The notes below the pieces were generated by a model. The model searched no databases, was not told the DNA's origin, and saw nothing but the letters and a program-made list of their open reading frames with translations. Position numbers and translations under genes: made by a program. A stretch of DNA of 48,360 bases from a virus (Duplodnaviria > Caudoviricetes): the IMG/VR virus record IMGVR_UViG_3300037851_000323, positions 1 through 48,360 of that record. The stretch is one strand, 5' to 3'. Positions 27,397 to 35,822 of the stretch are shown in pieces (positions within the stretch are counted from its first letter, which is position 1; every line of letters begins with the position of its first letter).

Positions 27397-27423
27397 AGTC
27401 CTGCTATCCTTGATATATCCTGC

Positions 27424-27760
27424 TACCCTTGATTTGCCTATTGATTTGCCCATGAAATGCCCATGATCCGCCCATGATTTTTTCCGGCTAAATCCTTTCA
27501 TTTCAACGCTTTAGCCGCTAGAGCGCCCCTCTATATATAGTATGGGCAAGGGATACTGGGTTGTCAATTATGAATGATTATATATAATTATATATATATA
27601 TGAAATATATATAAACAGCCCCTTCCCGACCATGCCTATAACCTATGTATATACACCCCCGGATTCCCCGGATCTCGTTGATTTCAAAGGGTTTAGCCCG
27701 GGGAAATCATGGGCAAATCCTGGGTATATTAAGGTTAAATCATTGGGCAAATCATGGGTA
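27424..27760. repeat. Long imperfect inverted repeat (~85-bp arms 27424-27508 and 27676-27760) with AAATCATGGGC-like iterons around an AT-rich core; origin-like
   Basis: Reverse complement of the left arm cgttgaaatgaaaggatttagccggaaaaaatcatgggc... aligns with the right arm cgttgatttcaaagggtttagcccggggaaatcatgggc... The core contains (TA)n runs. Confidence 0.8.
27539..27567 (-). promoter_or_regulatory. Sigma70-type promoter inside the inverted repeat
   Basis: TTGACA-17 nt-CATACT on the minus strand. Confidence 0.55.
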
Positions 27761-27792
27761 TTTAGTATGTCAGCAAAATTAATATTTATGAC

Positions 27793-28007
27793 CTCGAGAT
27801 GTATCTATGCTCTCGAGCTCTCGAGATGTCATTGAAAAGCCCTCGAGAATACATGCTCTCGAGAATACATCGACGATCAAATCGACGATCAATATCGGAC
27901 CATTATATCAATCGGACCATTATAGATATTGTTGCATTTGAGACAAAAAAGAGGCCGGAGGAGATTGACCCCCGGCCCCGATACGATCAAAAGCCCCGAT
28001 ACGATCA
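27793..28007. repeat. Cluster of 5 CTCGAG palindromes and four different short direct duplications
   Basis: CTCGAG at 27793, 27812, 27820, 27842 and 27858. Doublets: ctcgagaatacat, atcgacgatcaa, atcggaccattata, cccgatacgatca. Confidence 0.75.
27945..27979 (-). terminator. Rho-independent terminator after the first early gene
   Basis: Minus strand reads GGGGCCGGGGG-TCAATCT-CCTCCGGCCTC-TTTTTT. Confidence 0.8.
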
Positions 28008-28415
28008 GCCGGCCAGCACCTTGGCCAGCGCCTGCTTCTGGGAAGCTCCGTTCCTCCGAGCCTCGATGTAGACCGTCTGCTGCGCTTCGCTGAAGTCGAG
28101 GTTCGCCAGAGACTTCAGTTCCTTCTTGAGAGGATCAGCGGTCAGTCTGCTGCGCTCCGTCTGCGTCGCGTTGCCTCTGCGTCGCAGGTCCGAAGCGTAG
28201 TTGAGCAGGCCGTTGAAGACATCCGCTCCGAGGGTGTCGAAGAGGTCCGAAGCCTGCTCTTTCGACGCGACCGCGAAGACGGGCTTGGTGAAGGGCACCA
28301 CAACGTCTTCGTGGATGCCCTTGTCGGGATCCTTGCGGATCATCGCTTCGTCGCCAACGTGCGAGACGAAGGCGCCCGTCACCGTGCCCAGAACGTCCCA
28401 ATTGATGTTAGCCAT
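28005..28415 (-). CDS. First early gene; unknown protein with GC-rich (host-like) codon usage
   Basis: GGAG RBS before ATG 28415. Third codon positions are predominantly G/C. Has its own promoter and terminator. Confidence 0.8.
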   Translation of the reverse strand: MANINWDVLGTVTGAFVSHVGDEAMIRKDPDKGIHEDVVVPFTKPVFAVASKEQASDLFDTLGADVFNGLLNYASDLRRRGNATQTERSRLTADPLKKELKSLANLDFSEAQQTVYIEARRNGASQKQALAKVLAG

Positions 28416-28525
28416 CTGTTTGCTCCATGTCATCATGTTTGAACGGGTCTTGCATCTGGTGCCCGTTCTCGACCAGCACGTCGGTTTTCAAAGATCCGGG
28501 GGTCTTTCTCGCCCCCCGCACCCCA

Positions 28526-28554
28526 AATATAGGCTTTTGGCCTCAGTTTGTCAA
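28526..28554 (-). promoter_or_regulatory. Sigma70-type promoter of the early arm
   Basis: TTGACA-17 nt-TATATT on the minus strand. Confidence 0.8.
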
Positions 28555-28746
28555 GTCGGGGGGTCCGGCGATCCTGGAGGGCCGGGCCGCTCCCCGCTTG
28601 TTGGATCCCGAAATTCAAAATCGCCGAAGCCTCCTCCAATTTTTTGAAATGATGCGGCTCGGAGGAGCGGTCCCCCTCCCCCAGTCCCCTCCGAAAGGGT
28701 CCCCCCAAGACCCACCGCGCGCAAATGTGTTTCCCTCGAGATACAC

Positions 28747-28847
28747 GGACCTAAAAAGAGACGGATCTAAAAAGAGATAGATCTAAAAAGAATAGACCTA
28801 AAAAGGAATGGATTTAAAAAGGGTCCCATATCTAAAAAGGGTCCCAT
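28747..28847. repeat. Six ~16-bp tandem units with a TAAAAAG core upstream of the terminase genes
   Basis: TAAAAAG at 28752, 28768, 28784, 28799, 28815 and 28833. Confidence 0.85.
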
Positions 28848-28924
28848 CTATCATATATATTCATTAATTCCCTGATATATTTAAAGAGATTGGAACCTTT
28901 CGTTCGCTGAATAATTTTTAGGAC

Positions 28925-28953
28925 TTGACAAATAAAATGAAAAACTTTATACT
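28925..28953 (+). promoter_or_regulatory. Sigma70-type promoter of the packaging/structural arm
   Basis: TTGACA-17 nt-TATACT, followed by an AGGAGG RBS. Confidence 0.8.
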
Positions 28954-28973
28954 TAAAACAGGAGGGGAGATGT

Positions 28974-29528
28974 GTGGCTATAGATGGTAAGATCGTTTCG
29001 GGAGATAACATCGGCAACAGGGAACGCACGTCTGACACACGTCTCTCTTCCCCTAAAAATGTTCTCAATATTCTCCCTGTTGTCGAGCGGCGCCCCTTAA
29101 ACGGCCGCGTCATTGGAACAAAGTCTCCGGAAATTCCTCCTATGGTTAGAAAGATCATAGGGGAAACGGCTAATCAGGGGGATAGATTAGAAGTGGTAGC
29201 AGAGGCGTTTGATGTGAGCCGCTCCTCTGTTGCGCGTGCAAGGAGAGAACATTCTGAATTAAAGGATGATATTGATAAAGAGATTCATAATCTTGCAGTA
29301 GACCGAATCGCTGGAATGTTTGAGAGTTGCTTAATTCCAGAGCATATTGCAAAAATGGAGCCGAAGGATGCTACTAAAGCAATGAAGGATCTTGCTAAGG
29401 TAGCAGAAACGTTTGGTGGGAAAAAGGGAAACGTATTTAATGGACCGACAATCGTGATTTACAGCCCGTCTATGCACACAGAAGAAGATTACGATGTCAT
29501 TGACATCGAAGCAAAGGAATTAAAATGA
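28974..29528 (+). CDS. terS: Putative terminase small subunit (HTH)
   Basis: HTH-like LEVVAEAFDVSRSSVARAR. First gene of the arm, two genes before terL. Confidence 0.5.
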   Translation: MAIDGKIVSGDNIGNRERTSDTRLSSPKNVLNILPVVERRPLNGRVIGTKSPEIPPMVRKIIGETANQGDRLEVVAEAFDVSRSSVARARREHSELKDDIDKEIHNLAVDRIAGMFESCLIPEHIAKMEPKDATKAMKDLAKVAETFGGKKGNVFNGPTIVIYSPSMHTEEDYDVIDIEAKELK

Positions 29529-29839
29529 GTGGTGTAAGAGAGGAATGGCTGCGAGCCGCATCTTCTAGTCCTGTCGTTCGTTTATCTGAAACAGAATACG
29601 AAGTCCTTCTACGTTTTGTTAGTCGTTGTGCAAAGAGCCAAGAGCATACTGATGTACCAAATGATGACCTTGAAGCGTTTGATAAAAAGATTGATGAGGA
29701 ATATAGGAAGGCAAAGGATATAGAAGTTGTATATATTGATGACGAAGATTTCTTAATTCCTGATATTGATTATTCTGAACTTCCATCAATTGAGTATGAA
29801 ACGACTTCAGAATTGGATTATATTTTAGGCACGAGCTAA
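29525..29839 (+). CDS. Acidic hypothetical protein
   Basis: 104 aa, coupled to both neighbours. Confidence 0.6.
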   Translation: MSGVREEWLRAASSSPVVRLSETEYEVLLRFVSRCAKSQEHTDVPNDDLEAFDKKIDEEYRKAKDIEVVYIDDEDFLIPDIDYSELPSIEYETTSELDYILGTS

Positions 29840-31503
29840 TGGTTCCCGAAAACGCTGAGATTTGGAAGCCGAATAAAAGACAGGCAGAATTCTTAGCGAT
29901 TCCTTACTCTGTTTTTGAGGGTTTCTATGGTGGGGCCGCAGGCGGTGGCAAAAGCGAAATACTTCTAGCCGAACCCTGTGTTAAAGGATTAATTAATCAC
30001 CCAAAATTTCATGGCATTATATTTCGCCGAACCTTTAGGCAATTAGAGGAATCATTAATTCCTAGAGCTAAAGAGTTTTATGGTTGGGATGGCACTACTC
30101 GCTTTGGTGGACGATATAATGACCAAAAGAAAGCGTTCACGTTTCCTTCGGGAGCAACGATTCGATTCTCTTACCTTGAGACGGATGATGATGCAAAAAG
30201 CCATCAGACTGCTCAATACAATTATGCCGCCTTCGACGAACTTACCCACTTCACAGAATATCAGTATACATACGTTACTACTCGTGTTAGAACGTCCGTG
30301 CCAGATTTGCCAGCATATATTCGCTCTGCTTCAAACCCAGGCGGGGTTGGACACACCTGGGTTTATAAGCGTTTCGTAGAACCGGCAGAGACTGGGCATG
30401 TATTACTCCAGCGGAAGTTGCCAAATGGGAAGTATAGTAAAGCAGTATTCATTCCTGCCTTCCTTACAGATAATACAAGCCTCACTAATGCAGACCCCGA
30501 TTATATCAACCGTCTTAACATTCTTCCGGAAGCCGATAGGCGCGCCCTTTTATATGGAGACTGGCATGCCTATTCGGGTCAGGTTTTTACGGAGTTTCGT
30601 GCTGTCCATTTACCTACTGAGCCTGACAATGCTATTCATGTAGTTGACCCCTTCCTTATTCCAACATGGTGGCCTAAAATAATTGCAATAGATTGGGGAT
30701 ATAGTGCAATGACCTGGGTGGGATGGGCAGCAATCTCACCTGACATGGTTACGTATCTATATAGAGAATATGCTCAAAAACGTAAGTATATTACGGAGTG
30801 GGCATCTGATGTTGCTCGACTCTCGCAATTCGACGGTAACATCAAAGCAGTATGTCTTGACCCCTCCGCATGGCAACATCGTGGTGATCCAAAGCAGATA
30901 TACCAGCAATTCGAAGAATCCTCCGGCTTCAAAGTCGAAAAAGCTGTGAATGACCGGACTGGTGGTAAAATGCTTATGCATGAATATTTACGCTGGCAGC
31001 AGAGGCCAGCTAGATACATCCCAAAAGAAGGATTCAATCAAGACTTGCATGATAGGATCTTCCGCATGTACGGAGAGGAAAGGGCCGAAGAATATAAGGC
31101 AATGTTTAAGCAGCAACCTCCAGAGGCTAATCTCCCCAAGCTCAGAATATTTCGGGGAGCCGCTCCAGAATTTATAGGAGCCATTCAGGCTTGTATGGCA
31201 GATGATAGGCGGCCTGAAGAAGTTGCAGAGTTTCCAGGTGATGATCCTTACGATGGTGGTCGATACTTATTACAGAGAGTACATCGTTACTTCCAAGAGG
31301 CACAGGATGAGTTTACAGCGCGGAAGAATTTGGATGATGTGTTAAAGTGTGCTCATAGTACATTTGATATGTACATGGCAATGAGGAAATATGACGCTGA
31401 GACAAAGAATAAAGAAGTGGCTCCAAGAAGACTCTATTCCCCAAGCCAACTTCGAGGTAGAGTATCTAAGACTGGAAAACTCCCGGCTTATTTCTATCAT
31501 TGA
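29839..31503 (+). CDS. terL: Terminase large subunit
   Basis: YGGAAGGGKS Walker A, AFDELTHF Walker B, ASNPGG motif III, AIDWG nuclease Asp, C-terminal DDPYDGGRY. Confidence 0.95.
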   Translation: MVPENAEIWKPNKRQAEFLAIPYSVFEGFYGGAAGGGKSEILLAEPCVKGLINHPKFHGIIFRRTFRQLEESLIPRAKEFYGWDGTTRFGGRYNDQKKAFTFPSGATIRFSYLETDDDAKSHQTAQYNYAAFDELTHFTEYQYTYVTTRVRTSVPDLPAYIRSASNPGGVGHTWVYKRFVEPAETGHVLLQRKLPNGKYSKAVFIPAFLTDNTSLTNADPDYINRLNILPEADRRALLYGDWHAYSGQVFTEFRAVHLPTEPDNAIHVVDPFLIPTWWPKIIAIDWGYSAMTWVGWAAISPDMVTYLYREYAQKRKYITEWASDVARLSQFDGNIKAVCLDPSAWQHRGDPKQIYQQFEESSGFKVEKAVNDRTGGKMLMHEYLRWQQRPARYIPKEGFNQDLHDRIFRMYGEERAEEYKAMFKQQPPEANLPKLRIFRGAAPEFIGAIQACMADDRRPEEVAEFPGDDPYDGGRYLLQRVHRYFQEAQDEFTARKNLDDVLKCAHSTFDMYMAMRKYDAETKNKEVAPRRLYSPSQLRGRVSKTGKLPAYFYH

Positions 31504-31729
31504 GAAATTTATGGATCATAAATATATCCCAGACCCCGGCATGCCTGCGCGTGTGAAGACGGGGGTTATGTCATGGACTCAGGGAAGGAAAATTGCACAG
31601 GATAAATTGAAGGAGATAAATAATGTGGTTAAAGATATTACAGGGAGTATGGGTGGTGGCAAAATCAACTGGTCTGGACAAGAAGGTCAAGGATTGGGTA
31701 ATGAAAAAAATAGCGAAATCAAAGAATAA
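31391..31729 (+). CDS. Hypothetical protein
   Basis: GAGGA RBS; overlaps the 3' end of terL. Confidence 0.45.
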   Translation: MTLRQRIKKWLQEDSIPQANFEVEYLRLENSRLISIIEKFMDHKYIPDPGMPARVKTGVMSWTQGRKIAQDKLKEINNVVKDITGSMGGGKINWSGQEGQGLGNEKNSEIKE

Positions 31730-31787
31730 ATATGATGACAAAGCTATGAAAGCTGTTTCCCTATACCTAGAAGTAAAGGATAATTAA
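31623..31787 (+). CDS. Small basic hypothetical protein (54 aa)
   Basis: AAGGAG RBS; MWLKILQGVWVVAKSTGLDKKVKDW...; ends 1 nt before the portal ATG. Confidence 0.5.
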   Translation: MWLKILQGVWVVAKSTGLDKKVKDWVMKKIAKSKNKYDDKAMKAVSLYLEVKDN

Positions 31788-31788
31788 T

Positions 31789-34089
31789 ATGCCCTGGGAA
31801 CCGTTATCTGACGACATGGATTTGATGGAAGAAGAACAGAGCTTTGCCTCTGCGAATCCAATGGAAGAGAACACCGTTTCTGAAGATGCGGCTCCCCTTC
31901 CTCCCACAGCTCCTGATCCTATCGAGGTTAATAGAACCATTCTGTCTGTCATTAAAGAATTTGAAGAAGATGATAGGTCTGCCCATGAGGTGTTGTCCCA
32001 GGAGTGTAGGAAATATGAACTCTACTGGCAGAACATTCAAGATATCATTTGGGATAGTTCGTCTCGAGATTGGGTATCAGCTTCTGGGGTACTCCAACAC
32101 ACTCAGAATCTGGATATCGACCCCTCTATCCTTGATAAGACTATTGGTATCTATAGATCATATGGTGAGATTGTCGCAGCCGCATTGTCCACCACAACTC
32201 CAACCGTAAGATTCCCCCCAGCAGATGCAGACTCTGGTGCAGACCTGGTAACTGCCAGAACATCTAATGCAATCTCAGATTTAATTCAGAAGAATAATGA
32301 TGCACAGCTTCTCTTCCTCAAGGCTCTGTATACAAAGTTCAACCAACATTTCGTCGCTGCTTATCATACGGTCATAGTAGACGATGCATATGGTACAGTA
32401 AAGCGACCTAAGTTTGGTGTTCGTGAAGAAATGGTTCCCACGGGGATGCAGATATGTCCTGATTGTGGCGCTCCTCGTACCAGCATAGTATGTGAGACTT
32501 GTGGATCAGCTTCTCCAGAAATTCCAGAGATGGCTCCTGAGCAAGTACCTTTTGTTGACAAGATACTTCAGGCTCCAAAGGGCCGTGTTCGTATTGAGAT
32601 TTTTGGTCCCCGACAGGTTAAGGTTCAGCCTAATTGTAGGGAGGTTTCAGACTCCCCTTATTTAGTTCTCGAGTCTGACCTTCACGAAACGAAGATTAAG
32701 GAACTCTATCCCGAATTTAATATTTCGAGTGGTGGGACTAATGATGACGTTCGCACCATTGATAGAAGACCAACTACTGATTTAGTAGATACGAGAAAGA
32801 TTCATACGCTGAAGAGATGTTGGCTCCGTCCTTGGGCTTTTAGTACACTTCCTAACGAGGATATGAGAATCTTTCTGAAGACCTCTTTTCCTGATGGAGT
32901 CTTTATTACTTATTGTGAGGATCAAGTATTAGATATTAACAATGAGAGTCTGGATGACTTTTGGACCTTTCTAAGAGATCCATTTGCAGAATATATACAT
33001 GGTGATCCAAGAGGTAAGTTCTTAATTCCTTTACAGGATATGTTTAATGACACGGAGATGTTGGCGCTCGAAACGATCCTACATAATATTCCAGAAATGT
33101 TTGCGGATCCAAGAGTCCTCAACTTCAAGAACTATAGTGAAAAGGAAGGACGTCCAGGTCAGGTTAATCAAGCAGTAGCCCCGGAGGGAATGAATCTTGC
33201 CGCAGGCTTCTATCAACCACAAGGCGCAACATTATCGAAAGAAGTTGATATCTTCCTTGGTAGGCTCCAAGAACTCGCGCAGTTTGTTGTTGGCGCTCCC
33301 CCCTCTATTTGGGGCGGTGAATCCCAAGGTGGTTCGGGCACTCTTGGGGAATATCAGCAGAGCCGCGCCCAAGCGCAGCAGAGACTAAGTACAGACTGGA
33401 AGATGCTTAATAAGTGGTGGGCTAAGATTATGACGAAGTGTGTCAAGCTCTACCGCGAGTTTATGAAGCAGCTTGCTATGAAGGTACAAGATCCAGTTTA
33501 TGCTGAGAAATTTGTACAGAAGTCTGGTGAGAATTACATTAATATTTGGATTCGCCTTGAGGAAATGACTGGAGAAGTTGGAGAAGCAGAGGCAGAATCC
33601 TCAGATCAATTCCCTGTTTCTTGGGAGCAGCAAAGAGGTCTTCTCTTTGAACTCTTGCAAGTTCAGCATCCTATATTCCAGGGTATCCTTTCCAATCCCG
33701 AGAATATTGGAACGGTTCGAGACATCCTTGGAATGTATAAGCTTAAGATTCCGGGAGAGCAGGATAGGGATAAACAGCTTGCTGAAATTCAACAGATGCT
33801 TATAGGCTCACCTGTAATGGTTGAGCAGGTTATTGATAATCATCAAGTACATTGGGCTACTGTTGCATCTTGGGCTAATAGTATTACAGGTAGAGATATC
33901 AAACTTACGAACCCAATGGGTTATCAGCTTGTAATGCAGCATGCTTTGCAGCATCAGATGATTATGCTAGCTCAGATGCAACCACCTGAAGCAGGTCAAG
34001 GGCAGGCTCCCTCCGAAGGCCCTGCTGAGAAACAAGGCAGCTCCGAGCGTCCGGATACGGGAGGAGCTAAAGGGGAGCCCCCGAGGTAA
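31789..34089 (+). CDS. Portal protein with an inserted Zn ribbon
   Basis: 766 aa between terL and scaffold/capsid. Helical, with a Gln-rich C-terminus as in P22-like portals. CPDC...CETC insertion. Confidence 0.8.
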   Translation: MPWEPLSDDMDLMEEEQSFASANPMEENTVSEDAAPLPPTAPDPIEVNRTILSVIKEFEEDDRSAHEVLSQECRKYELYWQNIQDIIWDSSSRDWVSASGVLQHTQNLDIDPSILDKTIGIYRSYGEIVAAALSTTTPTVRFPPADADSGADLVTARTSNAISDLIQKNNDAQLLFLKALYTKFNQHFVAAYHTVIVDDAYGTVKRPKFGVREEMVPTGMQICPDCGAPRTSIVCETCGSASPEIPEMAPEQVPFVDKILQAPKGRVRIEIFGPRQVKVQPNCREVSDSPYLVLESDLHETKIKELYPEFNISSGGTNDDVRTIDRRPTTDLVDTRKIHTLKRCWLRPWAFSTLPNEDMRIFLKTSFPDGVFITYCEDQVLDINNESLDDFWTFLRDPFAEYIHGDPRGKFLIPLQDMFNDTEMLALETILHNIPEMFADPRVLNFKNYSEKEGRPGQVNQAVAPEGMNLAAGFYQPQGATLSKEVDIFLGRLQELAQFVVGAPPSIWGGESQGGSGTLGEYQQSRAQAQQRLSTDWKMLNKWWAKIMTKCVKLYREFMKQLAMKVQDPVYAEKFVQKSGENYINIWIRLEEMTGEVGEAEAESSDQFPVSWEQQRGLLFELLQVQHPIFQGILSNPENIGTVRDILGMYKLKIPGEQDRDKQLAEIQQMLIGSPVMVEQVIDNHQVHWATVASWANSITGRDIKLTNPMGYQLVMQHALQHQMIMLAQMQPPEAGQGQAPSEGPAEKQGSSERPDTGGAKGEPPR

Positions 34090-34094
34090 AAATA

Positions 34095-34427
34095 ATGGCT
34101 GAATTGGGAAAGCTTTACACGTCAGTACGTTTAGGTTTAGATACGGGAGATAGTAGTAAGACTCTCATAGCCGCACCTGGAACAGGAATGAAGATTCGTA
34201 TATATAGAATCCTGTATATTCCAGTAATTCAGGCTAATCAATTAATTACTATTGCAACAGGAGCTACTACATTTTTAAGAGTTCCGGCTAATATTAATAT
34301 TGGTTATCCAATTGATACGGGTTGGTTAAATGGTGGTATTCTTGGTGTTGCTGCTACAGCATTAATAGCAACTCCTGCTTCTGCTGGACCAGCTGGTGAT
34401 ATCTTCGTGGTTTATACAATTGATTAA
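34095..34427 (+). CDS. Putative small virion structural protein
   Basis: Beta-rich, Ala/Gly/Thr-rich protein in the head module. Confidence 0.5.
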   Translation: MAELGKLYTSVRLGLDTGDSSKTLIAAPGTGMKIRIYRILYIPVIQANQLITIATGATTFLRVPANINIGYPIDTGWLNGGILGVAATALIATPASAGPAGDIFVVYTID

Positions 34428-34470
34428 GAGATTCCGTTTCATCGAGGATCCGTAACAAAGGAAAAATAAT

Positions 34471-35505
34471 ATGTCACAATTAATAGCTGGGATAGGTGAT
34501 ACCGTAAAATTATGGGATACATCAGCTACTCCAACAGCGGATGACGTATCCGATTATGTATTCGTACCCGGTGGTCGTAGGGGTGGGAGGAAAGTAACTA
34601 TTCGATATTACTTTGGTACTCAGCCTTCTGCTTTTACCCTAACTCTTCAGAGTTCTCCTGATGCATCAACTTGGTCCACCCTTGCAACGTATACTAACCT
34701 TGCAGGAGATGCGGCTGTTGTAGACGCTGGAAATCTTTATGTCCGTGGTTATATTACGGCTAATACCGGTGGTGCGAATCTTACATTAGAGTTGACTCTA
34801 GGTACACAGATTAAGGCAGACGATTCTCTCATGGTTTCTTCCAGAATGGATATGTCTGGTCTTAACGTGGCAACGGCTGACACAGATGGTTTCGTATACC
34901 GTGCTGGAACATCAGCCGCGCCTGTGTCATCTTCAACTACTGCTGGTAAGTTCGTTTCTTGGTATTTTACCTCTGCTGCCACGTCTGGTTCAATAGAGGG
35001 TTTCTATGTTCGGACTTATCTATCTGGTGCTGGTACAGGAACGGTTCAGGCTCTTCGTGCATTTACTTCTGTTAATAATGTGGCTGCTAGTAATGCTCGT
35101 GGTGCTCATATCTCCCTAAACTTCCAAGCTACAGGTAGGGTCACTGGTCTTGGTACTGCACTTGAATGTACCCTTCACATTCCTAACCAGGCTTGGTCTG
35201 CTTCTGCTGGTACTCTATCAGCGATTAAGGCGGCTATTAATTCTGATGGGGCTAGTTCTGACCCTGTGAATAGTAGACTGTCTGTATTCAATGTTGTTAG
35301 TCAGGGTGATGCCACTGGAGCAGCAGATGTTGATACAGATTGCTCTCTCTTTGATATTCAGGGATTTGCTGCTGCTTCTGGAATAACAAATATGATTAGC
35401 TCCACTAGTCTTGCAGAGCTTCCCGCTAGTGGTATTGGCATACGTATTAAAGTTAATGATGTTATTTATTACATTCCCGCGGTAGTTTCAACAGAATGGA
35501 ATTAA
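34471..35505 (+). CDS. Putative head decoration / fibre-like virion protein
   Basis: 344 aa, Ser/Thr/Ala/Gly-rich. C-terminal IRIKVNDVIYYIP resembles fibre termini. Confidence 0.5.
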   Translation: MSQLIAGIGDTVKLWDTSATPTADDVSDYVFVPGGRRGGRKVTIRYYFGTQPSAFTLTLQSSPDASTWSTLATYTNLAGDAAVVDAGNLYVRGYITANTGGANLTLELTLGTQIKADDSLMVSSRMDMSGLNVATADTDGFVYRAGTSAAPVSSSTTAGKFVSWYFTSAATSGSIEGFYVRTYLSGAGTGTVQALRAFTSVNNVAASNARGAHISLNFQATGRVTGLGTALECTLHIPNQAWSASAGTLSAIKAAINSDGASSDPVNSRLSVFNVVSQGDATGAADVDTDCSLFDIQGFAAASGITNMISSTSLAELPASGIGIRIKVNDVIYYIPAVVSTEWN

Positions 35506-35508
35506 GAT

Positions 35509-35808
35509 ATGGAATTATCTGTTTTTGAGAGGTTAGTTCTTTTAAATATTCTTCCGAAAGAAGGAAACGTTGTAACAGTACGTATCATTCATGATCTTAG
35601 GAATCGTTTAGGTTTTACCGAAGAGGAATTAGAAAAGATACAATTTACATCGAATGAAAAAGGTACCTCTTGGAAACAGAACGTAAATGCTGAGATAGAG
35701 ATTAAAGGACAGGCCCTTAAAATTATCTGTGAAGCTTTTGATAAACTAAGTAACGATAATTTACTAACAGTGGAAATTTTACCTGTTTATGATAGATTCA
35801 TGAGTTAG
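35509..35808 (+). CDS. Hypothetical protein (possible fibre chaperone)
   Basis: 99 aa, directly after the fibre-like gene. Confidence 0.55.
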   Translation: MELSVFERLVLLNILPKEGNVVTVRIIHDLRNRLGFTEEELEKIQFTSNEKGTSWKQNVNAEIEIKGQALKIICEAFDKLSNDNLLTVEILPVYDRFMS

Positions 35809-35822
35809 GAGGATATTTTATT

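Noticed and set aside
27632-28071. Track ORFs 27632-27835 and 27799-28071
   Set aside because: They translate the inverted-repeat arm and the short duplications, have no RBS, and run against the local gene direction.
28135-28780. Overlapping ORFs 28135-28401, 28201-28647, 28427-28780 and 28433-28708
   Set aside because: These are stop-poor shadows of GC-rich sequence. Only 28005-28415 has an RBS, codon bias, promoter and terminator.
28747-28847. Possible CRISPR array
   Set aside because: Units are ~16 bp in tandem with no unique spacers, and no cas operon is present.
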